63,709 nt of DNA, filler included, from Asterionella formosa (GCA_002256025.1; 8 parts of 8 records of this genome joined end to end with filler, not necessarily neighbours in it), one strand, 5' to 3'; shown: positions 23,979-37,645, counted from the first letter of the whole stretch. The notes: generated from the sequence alone by a model not told the origin. Numbers and translations are program-made.

Positions 23979-26204
23979 GAGTTTTGTGTAGCTATCGATT
24001 GATTTGCGCTCTATGTTCCTTTGCGCATACGGTGTGACGCAGTGATTCTGAATTTCTTTCAAAGCAGACGCCTTGGCCGAAGTACGAAGACGTTTGCTTC
24101 GGCGATCCGGTATCGAAACGGGGCTTGGGCGTTTCTTCGTTGCGGAATCCATGGAGAGTATAACATTATCAAGTATTTTGGATGGCGGGGTTGAGGCTAC
24201 TGGGAGCTGGGAAACGGACTGCTTTTCCATCCCAAAAGTGAAGGCAGGTAGCATGAATATTTTGCGGCTTTCTGCCTTCAATTGACCGATCACGCTGACC
24301 TTGAACGAATTCATTATGTCGTGCACTTTGGTGATCACCAGCTCGCTGTCCAGTGCTGCATTAATGATATCTCTCGCCTTATCTCGGAGCAACGGGAGGA
24401 CGCTAAAGATAAAATTTGACTTCTCCGCTTCGAATGCTTCACGGCGGTGATCGTCTTCTGCAATGCGAAGTGATACAGAATGGTTTGTCAAGGACGTGGA
24501 AAGAGATTTGATTTCTCGAGCACCAACAGAATGAATATCGCTTTTACTTGTTGCGCATATTGTCTCAAGAGAATTTTGATACTGCCAGCTGACGGCCTCC
24601 ATTTCTTCCATATGACGTCTCTGCTCGCGGGCTGATGTTTCAGTCAGCGCGGTTCGATTCTTAAGATTGGCAGCCTCCATCGCCTCCCAATGAAGTTTCT
24701 GCTCTAGCGCCAAAGTTTCAGTGAGTTTATTTCGATGATGACTGCTGGCAGTCTCCAAATCCTCCATGTGACGTTTCTGCTCTCGGGCAGCGGTAGCGGT
24801 AAGTGCAATTTGATACTGACTGCTGACAGCCTCCATCGCGTCCATGTAACGTTTCTGCTCTCGGACCGCACTTTCAGTGAGTGCAGTCTCTAAATTCTCC
24901 ATATGGCGTTTCTGTTCTCGGGCAGCAGTTTCGGTAAGTTCAATTCGATATTCGCTTTTGACAGCCTGCATCTCGTCCATGTGACGCTTCTGCTCTCGGA
25001 CAGCAGTTTCGTTAAGTGCAATTTGATGCTGATTTCTGACAGTCTCAATCTCGTTCATGTGACGTTTCTGCTCTCGCACAACGGTTTCTGAATGATCATT
25101 TTGAAAATCAAGGGTCGCTGCCTCAATCTCATCCATATGACGCCTCTGATCCCGAACAGTTTCGGCCAGCGTCTCTATTTGATTGGTCGCTTGCGTTACA
25201 ATGTTATGGATTTCTGTCAACTGGTGCAGCTCCTTGTTGGCGACATCGTCGGACTCGTTTCGTGAAACGACGCTCAATTTCTCGGAAGGCGATGACATCA
25301 TGTATTCACATCTATTGTCGTTAAAAATAACCTCACGGGTGGGAGCAGGAGTAGCGGAAATGGGATGTAAATTGGCTGAACACGTGGCTCGATCCTTGGT
25401 ATTGATAGGAACCAGTGTTTGGGAATGATACGGAGGTTGTTCTATGTCTCTGAAGCGAGGAATAATGGGATTTTCGAAAATGCTTCGTCGACAGGGCATA
25501 GTATTAGACATCCAAGATCGCCTCTGATGAATAGGAGTCTCGGGGATCGGCGTTCCAGAAGGAGCGCGCGGAATCTGATGAAAACTGAATTGACTTGTTG
25601 CTGAACTGGAGATCTGAGACAATCGAAGTGGACGCGAGTCAGTAGATGATGCTTTTGCGAGAGAAGCACTGAATTGAGATTTTGGATGATTCAGTTGAGA
25701 GGAACCATTGCTTGAAACACCCTGGTTGGATGAATGATTTAGAAATGGAGGATATGACGTGGAATGCTGCGAATTCGTGGAGTCGCTGACGGAATTGCTT
25801 CCAAACTCAGGCATGGTCAATTGAGACATGACAACACCTCCCATATGCGAATCGTTATCCTCTTTTGCTCCTTTTATATCAAAAGGTACACGATTGCCAC
25901 CAAATAGTGCAATGGAAGGTGTTGGCGGCAACCTTCTCGCTACTGATGGAAGTGCATACGAGTGTCGGATTTGTCGCAAACGAGGGTTCTGACTACCGTA
26001 GTTCCTGATAGTATCAGAAACGGGAGTATGTTGGTCTTGTTGAGACGAATCTCCTTTCTGAATCATTGACAATCGACTCTTATATGGTGTCGTAACATTT
26101 TTGGCGGCAAGCTTGGTTACGGAATCTCTCTGTTTGTTGTGCTTTTTTTCGCTTTGCTGAAGAATCTTTGCTGTGCGTACATAAACAGAGAATGGTGTAG
26201 GCAT
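23979..26204 (-). CDS. Hypothetical protein with eight 26-aa helical repeats, 3' end lost in gap
   Basis: Long ATG-initiated ORF with a Ser-rich N-terminus, ETAxREQKRHM repeats and an NLS-like RRSKRLR. Confidence 0.8.
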
Positions 26205-26871
26205 AGCAATGATGCTATAATCCTATGAATTCAAAGTAAGAGAAAGAATGAGCAATGGAAGAGTAAGCAATAGCTGCGAAGGTAACGAGAAGAAACTGCG
26301 AAATTTTTTGTATTTGTATTTTTATGTGAGCTGAAGACACGAGTTTAAGCTCGGCCGCCATGGATGTGTCTCCATTAAGTATCGTTGCTATTGCTAATGG
26401 TTTCGAGACTACATACCGGAAAATTATAGCTATGTATGTATTTATTTATTTAGTTATTCTATGACAATATTTATATTACCGGTACTGCATGTACCTGGTA
26501 CGACAGTACTTGTACTTACTACAGAACAGGTAACAATTCTACCAGATAAAGTACCTGGTAGCAGGACCCGGTATGGCCACGACAGCCTTGCCAACAATGG
26601 ACGGATGCATCATATGTACAGCCTATCATCATAGTGTCACTATTATTAATGAAGCTCAGGTCTGGCTGTAATAACTCAGAAGGGTATGGAGTCCAGGTAT
26701 AAGGTCAAGCCGGTACAAGGATACCAGTCCATTCAACGGAGACCATGCAGGGAGGACTTAGTTGTTACTATTTACATCTCATTGGACCCACTCGAAAGGG
26801 CAAAATCTTAATTTTTCTACTTGAATATGCAACACTAAACCGGTGAGGTATTAAGGTATATCTCCAATGGA

Positions 26872-28852
26872 TCAAAGAGAAGTTCCCAGCAGCATCTTAC
26901 TAAACTGTTCGTAGTCAATCATCATATCCTTGTCATCCACGTCAATAATAGATTTGCGATCGTCACTGATCAAGTCACGCATACCACAAAGGACACGATC
27001 TAACTCAGATGCTTTGACAAACCCGCTGTTGTGCTTGTCCATACTGGCGAACGTGTCTTTGAATAAATGATAAAAGTCCGCTTCTGCCATGATGCCCAGA
27101 AAGTCCTGCTTTGATATCACTTCTTTCCCATCCATATTTGTATTTGAAATCATTGCTTGGAGCTCAACGTCAGACTTGGTTTCCCCTATAGACTCCATTA
27201 CTCTCTTCAAGTCCAACAAACTGATCTCATCCTTCTTTGATTGGTCAATAATCGAAAAGACATTAGTGAATTCTTCGCGCTGTGCCTTAGTCAGACGTTG
27301 CACTAACATACTGCGACGACGTTGAGTTCCTTTATCGCCCCACCTGGGTTGGGTTGTCATGATATAATCAAAGCAACGGGCGGCGTGTCGAATCATTCGG
27401 AACTTGACCAACAATGGAATAATGATTTGATCATTAGGATTGGCAATGTCTGCCACAGACATTGTGTTAGATGCTACCACATCATCCTCCACTTCTTCAT
27501 CGGTATCTACTCCTCGAATGACTTGAGGTGAATTGACTGATCCACGTACTTGACTCCCCATCGTACTGGCTTCCAATTGCGCTTTCAATGTGGCCGACGT
27601 AGCATCCCCGAAATCCATGTCCACTCCATACTTGTTATTAACTTGTTGCAGCCGGAATTCACTGACTCCACCCTTGCCCGACAGAATGGACGATTGCGGA
27701 ATGTCGTTAATGTTAAAGGCAAAGCATCGTGTCTTTTTCCAAGCGACAACTGATGCTGCCCGAGGCTCTCCTGTAATGAGCGATCGTTCGCCGAAGTATT
27801 CGTTGGGACCGAACTTATTAATGACTGTTCCCAAATATGACGAGGGAGTGGTGAGTGGGTCCGCAAAGGCCGTGCGGCAAGAAATTTCGACTTCGCCAGT
27901 ATCGATAACGTAAAATGTTTTTCCTGGCTTGCCTTCTCTCATGATGATGGACGATGGTTCAAAAGTCAACAGCTTTGCCTTGCTCATGAGCCCGAAGAAT
28001 TCTTCATCCGTAAAGTCAGCAAAGTATGGTATGGATGTTCTCAACAGTGCAAGTTTTTCTTCCGAAATTTGAACTCCACCTACAGTTAACTGTGTCGCAT
28101 TGCTGCTATTGGGTTCTGTAGTCGTTGTCAACGAGCGAGCTGCACATGGTTCTGTTTCTTCAGTCGTGGAGATCCATGCTTTTAGTTTCTTCGTCGTCGG
28201 ATCAATACGTTCATTGATGAGGTGCGTGAGTTTTTCCTTGAGTATGGGCACCTTGCTGGGGCCACAGGGAAAGCTTTCTACTAATCCCCCTTCATTTCCT
28301 GCATAGAACTGAATGAATGGAAGAGCCAAGACGCCCAAATGTTTAATGTAGTCCTTGTTCCCCATGACTGATAAATCTGAAAATAGGATGGGCAAGTCCT
28401 GATATGTAGGATTCTTGACGATGGATAGAAATTTCGGTTCCAAGCCTTTGCAAGCCTTGCACCATGGGGCGTAGAACTTGAGGACAACGAGTTTGTCTGG
28501 ATTGGCTTCAAGGAACGCTCTGCAGTGTTGTATGTAGGTGTTGGCGATTTAGCAACACAAACATGGGTGAAAACAAAAACAAACAGTAGCCATCTGCAAC
28601 TCACAAGTGCTGCTCCTTGCTGAGAAGGTGATAGATCCCATCATCTCCTTGAACCGGCAGATCTGGAGGTGGGAAGGATGAATCGGTCGCCACGAATCTC
28701 CTGTGTTGCGCGGTCGTACTTCGCTTTGCAAGCGAGCAAAAGGCCACTCCGGTTCCTGGAGCGAAGGCACTTGAAATTGCTGGGAGTTGTACAAGTCCAG
28801 AAAGTATCTGAATCGAGAGAGCCGCTGTTGCTGCTACACTCGTTTTCTTCAT
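26872..28852 (-). CDS. Plastid-targeted thioredoxin + cyclic-nucleotide-binding + EF-hand protein (2 exons)
   Basis: Signal with ISSAFAP. Intron 28604-28520 gives KFYAPWCKACK. cNMP cassette FGERSLITGEPRAASV. EF-hand loops DQSKKDEISLLD, NMDGKEVISKQD and DKHNSGFVKASE. Confidence 0.88.
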
Positions 28853-29530
28853 TATTGCTTCTCCTTTTCGCTATCAGACTGCTGTCCCTGTTGAAGAGTG
28901 GAAAAATGGGGAGAATTTTCGAGACTCTATACTCTCTACTTCATGTTGCTTTCTTGGCTGGCTGGGGAGAAATTGTTGTCCTCCCCATGTGTTTCGAGAC
29001 TGACGTTTGTTCCCCTTCATAGCTTGTATGTACCGTACTCCTATCAAGTATGACGTATATTTTCTGCGGCCCTGTCAGCAGCATCTACGTTTAACTTGCT
29101 TATTACATGATAACGGTGTGGCTGTAGTGGAGACTTTTCTCCCCAAAAACGTCGTGTTAAATCAATGTACCAGGTACCATCGTAGAATTCACGTTGACCG
29201 GATATGCATCATCAGTTATCAAACCGGTATACATGTTGCATGTTGATACATTTTATGGCTATGCATAATAAATAGGTGCCCAATGATCAAATAACATGTA
29301 GTATCAGGGCCAATCTTAACAGAGATACAAATTATTTTTTGTTGTATCTTCAGAAAAAAATGAATCTTTACAGAGATACATTTCACAAATATATCTCTGT
29401 AACGGTAAATTAGTTAGCCGTTTTCTATATGTCTCTGCAAACATGGCTGTGCATCAGACTCAACAAAAAAAATTGCAATGTGAGCTTCAATTATTCAACA
29501 TGTCTGACCATTATCATTGCTGTAACAACA

Positions 29531-29815
29531 ATGACAACAAATCGACCGGAAGAACCTGACAGTTGGGATGCCATTGACAATCTTGATAAAGAAGAAGCGG
29601 AACAACAGAGCTTTTTGCTAATTGCAGCCAGCAGTTACATGATCATTTTTGGAGTCCTATGAACAAAACTCGAAGCCAGCAGTGCGAATTCCAAAATGGG
29701 AGCATCAACAAATTGACTGGAATGAGCATGTCACAAAGCTTCTTCATGAGAATAGATTTCATCGGGAATATCGCATGTCTCTTGAAGCTTTCAATCAACT
29801 ACGACTGGAACTCCT
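29531..29815 (+). mobile_element. 5' fragment of a PIF/Harbinger-type transposase (frameshifted)
   Basis: Translates IDWNEHVTKLLHENRFHREYRMSLEAFNQL, resembling the RM..F..L N-terminal motif of Harbinger transposases. Upstream inverted repeats ttacagagata/tatctctgtaa at about 29367-29402. Confidence 0.6.
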
Positions 29816-29834
29816 TTGACCTTGTTCCATCACA

Positions 29835-30193
29835 TCATTTGTGGATGAGAAATTTTGTCGGGGGCTCAGCGTGTTCATGACCCAGCAGACTTGTTGGAAT
29901 AGCGGGCCAAAGTATGGGGAATCGATATATCGACGATTCAGGATTATGTGAACTTGTTCCGTAATGGTGCTCTTCCCCATGGTGGCGGAGGTATTGGACT
30001 CGAGCATGTTGTTATGGTATTTATATGGCTGCCCAACATTCGGAATTCAGCCGGGTTCCCTCATGACCCCAAGCGTCTGAATCCTTTTATAACGGTTGCC
30101 CAACCCTATACTACTGGGTTCTTAGCTACTGCATGCAGCCGTTGTCAGAAATGATTCGACAAATATAATGACATTTTTTACCTTACTGAGACT
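29835..30193 (+). pseudogene. Decayed copy of the AspRS 3' end and 3' flank
   Basis: Aligns by eye with the reverse complement of about 53416-53770 (EILSGAQRVHD...HGGGGIGLE...DPKRL plus UTR), with stops and indels. Confidence 0.92.
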
Positions 30194-32173
30194 ACTCAGT
30201 TGACCCATTTGACTTTGAGTCATAACTACGTAGATGAGCTCACTTTAACAGCATCTCTTGTATGCCTTGTACAAACCATTCTTTCTAAAAATATAGCTGA
30301 AATTTTTTTGCATGACAAATCTCTTGTTGTGACTTTTATCACCATGTCAGTTTTGTTTGGCTGCTTCCCTTCAGTGCCTTGTGCATGCAACATACCTTTG
30401 TAACTGTGATGGTAGCGCCAATGGGAAACCAGATAGAAAAACATAAGAACTAAAACTTTCAGTTGTTTGGGAGGTACTCTTTTATTGGTGATGGCAGAGT
30501 CCTCACTAGCTACATGGGTGCTGGATTCTGGTTCACCTCCTCATTCACTAAATGACAAATCACCACTACAAAATTGGAAACAATATGATATTATTGGACA
30601 AATAACACTGCATGAACAAGAAGTCTACCCTTCTCTATCTCTATGGCATATGCTCCCAATAGCTAGAACAATCACTATTTCAAGTGGCACGACAGTGTGT
30701 CATGGTGTCGTGGTACTTCTATAGTACTTTTTAAGAATATAAGTTTACAGTAATCATCTGTAAAGATTGATTAAATACCCCGAAAAATCAATTAACACAA
30801 CACCAAAGCTATTGACTTTCCAATGACCATGATGGTAACTTTTAAGACCACTACAGATCTGAAAGCAACCTTTAAACAAGGCAACAGGCCTGTCTATTTG
30901 GATTCATCGGAGACTATGTACGCATGTTATATAAAATGGATGAGTTTGTCTATGCAAAAATAGGGACAGTATAGTGGAACCAGAATTTACTACCGCTTTG
31001 TCACGTATTTTTCAGGTGTCATGGTGTAACAGTACGTCATATTCGCTAGTAAAGCTGCCCTATTTCTAGTCGAAAATCAATCAAACAATCAAATCGCCAT
31101 TGAAGCTACAATCTAAAGGCGTAGTATTATGCTAACAATGTATTTCTTCATGAAATCGTAGATGTGATTATCATTATGATGCCTTTTGTTGGTTCTTGGT
31201 AGAGCTATCTTCCAGTGGTGCCATTGTGCTTGTTTGTTGTGGCTGGGCGATTATGTTTTGTGAAAACAGTCTTGTTCTTGATTTCGTCGATGTCATTGCT
31301 TGCTGTGGTTGCAGTGCTCATAATGCCTTGTGTTGATTCTTGGCAGTGAGATCTTCAGGTATCATTTTCACTTTGTTGCTTGTCGTGGATGCTTGTGACC
31401 CATAGAATCATTTTCGTCTGCTGACTGATGATGCAGAAATATTTGAAGCGTGGCAACTGATTCAATAATCATATAAGCGATGTGGTTGGCTTATATTAAT
31501 TAATATCCATCACGATCGAAGGCGTAGAACCTACACAAATTAATATAATTGTAGGATTAGGTACAAACGTGTAGAGAATCTAGGAATTACTGTTGATGCT
31601 ATCACGAAACTCGGGCGCACCAATTCACCAAAAGATTTATGTAGAAACCGTTTGAACCTATTACCGCCTTAGACGACGGAGAAAACGCTGTTGAAGTTAG
31701 TTTTTTCATAATGTTTGGCGATCGAAAACGGTCCGGTGTCTTGTATCACCCTTTAAATGAAATCACTCGTGACTCTGTACATAGAGGGTACAAGAGACCA
31801 GGTTTTACGGTATACTCATACTCATGTATACTCCGACCCCAACTGAGGGGATGATGGTNNNNNNNNNNNNNNNNNNNNNNNNNNNNNNNNNNNNNNNNNN
31901 NNTTAATTAATTAANNNNNNNNNNNNNNNNNNNNNNNNNNNNNNNNNNNNNNNNNNNNATCTAGCAGGAAGGCTAGAAGCAGAGACAAGAGAGAAAGTGA
32001 GTGGTACTAGGTAGTACTACGATCACGTAAGAGTCTACGTGAAGAGAGACCCAACCCGCGGGAAGGAGTACGGACCATTTCAACACATACCGGCACACGG
32101 TACCTGGTACCCTGTTACCAGTACCCCTTATAAATGGTACATGGTATATATATATTATGTACAGCCAATGCTC

Positions 32174-33720
32174 GCTCCAGCTATCGTCTTGCCATTCGAT
32201 TACCGGGTGCTTTTAAAGTAAATTTTGGGCTCTAAGTAATTCTTATTTAGGGGCAATATTGGGCACATCGAATTTGTCGGCAATAAAAATGCCGATTTTA
32301 GCATGACAGCCAGAAGAATGGTAATATACATAGGAATGGTAAAACAAGCATAAAACACATGAGACAGATTGTAACATACAATTTCAATGAAAATTGAACA
32401 GGATGTTTGGAGCAACCAATGTATGACATGCACCAGTGTAATAAGTAGTGTCAAATGAGAAAGAGAAAAAGTTGTTTTGGGGTTAGAAATGAGGCAAAAA
32501 ATAGGAGATTTAGCTAGTGGACATGCATGCATTGTAGTTACACAGGCAATATTGACTTTTCATCACACAATCAAACAGCGAAATAAAACAGAAAAGACGA
32601 AAAAAACTGATACCAATTGAGATCTGCATTGTTATGTAGTGTATTCCATTCCATTCCATTCTGAGCAAGCATTATCGCCAGGCTGCTCCAGGCAGCACTA
32701 TCGACTCCCTCTAGCTGTGTATTGCTGATATGTAGCTTGTGATACGAACTTGCAGTAGAAAGGTAGCAAACCGCATTAGTACAAGAAAAGCATTGCTTGG
32801 CATGAATATTGACATCATGGTCAACAACTATACAAATCAACAAACAAGAATAACAATACATCTTCAAAGAGCAGGCATGAAGATCCGACTTCGGCAATCC
32901 CAGGGCTGGATAACCGAGGGGCAATTGGCGTCAGTTGTCTTGCCAAAATGCTAACATAGGAAATATACAAAATATATTTTAATGATGGGAAAAATCGGAC
33001 CTTTGGCAGTTTTTGATGGCAATATAGAAAATATCTAAAAATATTTCATATGATGGGCAATGCTAAGCTAAAATTTACATTTATGCTTTATTTGTGGGCA
33101 ATAGGTAAGCAAATGGCGCAATTATAGCTAGTTTTTGAATTGCCTCAAAAATACTCTTCTTAATGGCTACATGCCTTCTCATATACAAGTGTACTCATCT
33201 GAGATGGCACTCATAGGGTGACCTTCTTGCAGCGCCCCTGGGGCATCACGTCTACAGTCAACCTACTTGTGCCACCCAGCCTCACGACAGGCATGAGACC
33301 TTGGGCGTGTATTGCCTTACTAAGAAATTCCTGCTCCAGCTATCGTCTTGCCATTTGGGTACTTCTAAGCAATTATTAGGCTCTAAGTAATTTTTATTCA
33401 GGGGCAATATGGGGCACATCGAATTAATCGGCAATAAAAATGCCGATTTTATCATGACAGCCAGAATAACGGTAATATACATAGAAATGGTAAAACAAGC
33501 ATAAAACACATGAGAATGATTGTAACATACAATTTCAATGAAAATTGAACATGATTTTTGGAGCAACCAATGTATGACATGTGGTGTAATAAGTACAGTA
33601 GTTTCAAATGAGAAATAGAAAATATTGTTTTGGGTTCGAAATAAAGGAAAAAATAGGAGTTTCAGTGGAGATGTATGCATTGTAGTACTTACACCTGCAA
33701 CATTGCCTTTCCATCATATA
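32174..33720. repeat. Two diverged about 390-bp direct repeats (32174-32570 and 33332-33720), probable non-autonomous element
   Basis: Both start gctccagctatcgtcttgccatt and stay collinear to about atgcattgtagt...ttgac/cctttt. Confidence 0.85.
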
Positions 33721-34077
33721 ATCTGTGCCTAAGAATAACATAATCCCAAACTCCTGTTTATACAGCATATTTGGGTATGAAATTTTTGTTTCTTGACCTC
33801 CTTTTCAGAGTAGACGTACGACTCACCTCGTCGACAACTTCCGGTAAGCCAATTAAACGACAAGACAAAGGTGATGCACCTTCTTTGACACTTCTTTTAA
33901 TATCTTTTCTCTTAAATACTGGTACTGGTGGTAGATTTTATTTTGAGAAAAGATTCTTTTTTTTTAGGGGATGCATGCCGGTACCTGCAAGGTAAATTGA
34001 TCACCATCTCATGTGCTTACAAGACATCAGTGTGATATATTATTATAAATAGATATCGGACAGTTGCTGCATCGAAA

Positions 34078-34661
34078 ATGGCGGTTCAATCTCTTCCTCT
34101 CCGTCTAGGAAATAAGCCCAATTCCCATCCTGTAAACCACGAACTAATCACTGTTTTTTTTCGTTTCGATGATGGAAACAAGGTAGGAATTCAAGAATTA
34201 TCGTGGATATGCGATATTCTCGCTAGAGTGATGTGCTCATCGACGTCGCTCTTGCTCCTTCGTCTACCCGGTACCTGCTTTGACATGGTCTTCTCACTCA
34301 TTGATTTTGCTCTCATTCATAGACCCATACACTCCTAGTGAATCCTTTCCTGGACGATGTGTACTCCATCAAGAAACGCATTGCGTCACAGTCGACCTGC
34401 GCCAGCAGCAGAGAACTATTTGTCGTCTCGCACGGCAAGGTGCTGAGCGACGATTGTGTTTTAGCTGACTATTTCCTCAAGGAGGGAGCAACTTTGTTCA
34501 TTTCGCAGAGAGCACGAGGAGGATGCTTCATGATTTCCCTTTCCATTTTGATGATCATGCTACTTTCCTTGATTGGATCGACTTGCACCTGTGGACTTTC
34601 CCTGGTTGTGATTCCATTCTTGATGCCCTTTCTCTTTATCCTCCCCTTGTTTTGCCTGTGA
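34078..34661 (+). CDS. Ubiquitin-like domain protein ending in RGG, followed by a Cys-containing hydrophobic tail (2 exons)
   Basis: Intron 34183-34322 joins in frame. IKKRI, HGKVLSDDCVLADY, EGATL and RARGG are ubiquitin-fold hallmarks. Confidence 0.8.
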
Positions 34662-35018
34662 TGAAATTATATAAGAGCTTTGTAATATAATGACTTCAAC
34701 CCCGGTGTAATGATATTATTGGAAGGAATGCTTGTTTCTCATTATTTGGTATAAGGAACAGGGCGTGAGGGTGCGGTACAGCATAGCAGTCCTGATTCGA
34801 TTATAGCCTTTGCAGGTTGATGAACTGTGAATCGACCTTACACTACGACGTAAGTTCGCAAAGTCTACTGGCTCGATCCTCCTCACGGATAATACTAACA
34901 GATGGAACCACATAATGTAAATAGCAACTCTCGTCTTTCATACTTGATGTTGCTGTGATTCATGGGGCCGTATCTGCAAAATAGACAAACCGTATGCGTC
35001 ATGCGCTATAGCGATTAT

Positions 35019-35991
35019 TTACTGCTCAGGTTGAATCAACCCAATTCCTCCTACATTTCTCTTGTAAACAACACTAATCTGATCCGTGTCTGCATCTCTG
35101 TAAACATAAAAGTCATGATCCACATAGTCCAAAGCAAAAATAGCTTCTTGCATCGTAATGGGTTTGTTGAGATTAAATGACTTGACTGCGACAATCTCGG
35201 GTGCAAATGGATCGACTGGATTAATAGCTTCGTCAAGCGCTTGCTCTTCCTCCTCAATATCGTCAATGGCACTGAGTTCATCAAACATTTCGTCACCAAT
35301 GGTTTTCCCCCCATGGTGCCCATCCAATCGACGCTCCTTGTACGCACGGAGCTTCCGAGACTATAACATGCATCGATCATAATTTGAATATATAAATGTA
35401 GGGTGAGGGACAATCGTCAAGAAAACTGAATCAACGAAAAAAAACCGACTTACCAGACGATCCGACACTGCATCAATAGATGCATACATGTCGTCAGACT
35501 CTTCAGAAGAGTGAAAGGTAGTCCCTTTGATGGTGGTCGTCACATCAATTCGATGTCCGTCTCGAACCTGTAGGTAAGTACACGTGGTGTGGATTAGAGG
35601 TACAGGCGAGAAAGAAAAAAGGTGAGTGATGAGAAGTTGACACGACAAGGTAGAAGCCTACGATTGTCCCCAGTACTGAATGAAAGATTTATGAGAACTC
35701 TGAACGTCAAAAAAGTCAGGATCGTACCTTTGGGTTTTTGTTGACCGAGAGATGGACATCACAATCCTTGATCGCTCCATTGGAGCGAAGCTTCCCGAAT
35801 GGTCTATCTAGTTTCTTGTTGATGTAATCCACCAGAGCTTCAGTCACAACGATATTGTTTCCTGTGATTGTGATGGGCACTTTGCTACTAACGCTAGTCA
35901 TGGAAAGGCCAGTGCTTGTGGTTCGGAATGCCGTGGGGCTTGTAAACGCTGAAGCCGCCGTGAGTAGGAGGACTGCTGAGACGATGCGCAT
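35019..35991 (-). CDS. PSRP1: Plastid ribosome hibernation factor PSRP1/long HPF (S30AE family), 3 exons
   Basis: ASAF signal. Motifs ITGNNI, DMYASIDAVSDRL, RKLRAYKER and DYVDHDFYVY...VVYKR. Introns 35727-35568 and 35453-35361. Confidence 0.92.
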
Positions 35992-37645
35992 ATTTGTACT
36001 TTCTCTCCCGATGCCAACGATTGATGAATGATATATTTGATTGATTGTGATCTCGTTCTATCTCCGGTACGATATGTTCTCGTCGTCTGCGTTCAGCAAA
36101 GTTGATGTAGTTACAGCGGTTGACAGGCATTACCGGTATGAAGATTGAAATGTAGTACCAGGTACCAGGTAGCTGGTACTGTATGTAGGCATTTTACCTA
36201 CAGAATAGGTACCCGGTAGTATTTTTTGAACTACGGGTAGTACCAGGTACCACCTGGTATCTACAGTTTATGTACAGCGTAAATAGGACTAGCCCTATAT
36301 ATTGTATGTTCGACAAATCTATGTAGGATGTACACCCACTCCTATGATAGCTACCGTAGTACATAGGTATACCGGTATTCTGTATTACAACCGGTATGTT
36401 GGGACCAGGTGCTCACCTTCTACCGATATATGGACTGGAGCAGATGGCTGCACACCAGTTCCTACCGGTAGTCGTTCTTCCGCATTTTTGTTGGCAACAC
36501 GCTGTGTGTTGCTGAAGATGGAACTCATTCGAACACCATAGTAAAGTAACCCGTGTACTTCCGTCGAGAGCCGAAGTTGTTTAGACTGGTGTTGATAAAC
36601 TGAGTCCTGGTACCAGGGTACCCGGTAGGCACAAGGTACCTGGTACCAGGTACTCCGAGTACCAGCTACAGCAGGACATACAAATATCTATACCGGTATA
36701 TGTATTAAAAAGGGACATTTGACGCAAGGCAGGCAGCACCATGCAAAGTGAGGAGCACCACGGCGGGACGCACAACCCTGAAATCTGATTAAATCGGGTT
36801 CTCATCCAAGTAATTACTTGTGCTTCACAGACGAAGGCCTGTGCATTGAAATCAATTATTGGCTGCATCATAGAACCGGAAAAGTGATTATTGGGAGAGG
36901 ATGGAAGAGTCAAAAGCGGTGAGTTGCGGAGAAGAAGGCTGATCAAACGATGTGATTTTCTGTGGAACTCAATCGATCGTATTGCCAAGTCACCTCGGTT
37001 CTCGTCACCATCGCTGTTACTTGTGGACGGCGCCACTTTGAGACAGTTTTGTTGCTTTCTTCTTTGTAGATAGAAAGTCCAATTAGAATGAGATGCAACC
37101 GCAGCGTCGCAACGACCATCGCCAAGCTGGTTTAAACTCGAACACTCGCGTTCAGTGAAAAATCCAATTTCCTTTCCGCCTTATGCGCTAAACGAAATTT
37201 GATTCGCTGTTTTTGTTCGCGCAGGACTCGATATTTTTTTAGCGCTCACCTGCCTCCATGGTACCAGCGTACCAGTACCTTGGTACCTGGTACCTGGTAC
37301 GCCCCGTGCTCGGATTCCCAACCCCCAGTTGATCGCCATGTTGCAATACGTGTTTTCTCTTGTTGTTGATTATGCCTCTGACGTCATCGTTTGTCACTAT
37401 CGCCGAAACAAAACAATGTTCCGGGATATGAAATTTGGTTGCAATCAACAATCTCAAGGACTACCTGTACATAACAGTACCGGTACCGGTAATCAGAAAG
37501 GAAACGCACGAACGAAGCACCGATGCAATAGTGAATTGTCGTGACCTTGTTTAGCCACCGTGGCCCTTTCTAACACTTTCCATTGTTTTCTTGGGCTTTC
37601 ACTCTTTGATTGCAGGACGCTACAGGTGCACGCCACGACAACTTC

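Noticed and set aside
30467..30724. WVLDSGS..H..NDKS resembling a copia protease motif
   Set aside because: A single short motif without supporting neighbouring domains, too weak to annotate.
36581..37125. Several 60-150 aa ORFs between PSRP1 and the PH-domain gene
   Set aside because: Non-ATG starts, partly made of GGTACC motif runs, and no recognisable domains.
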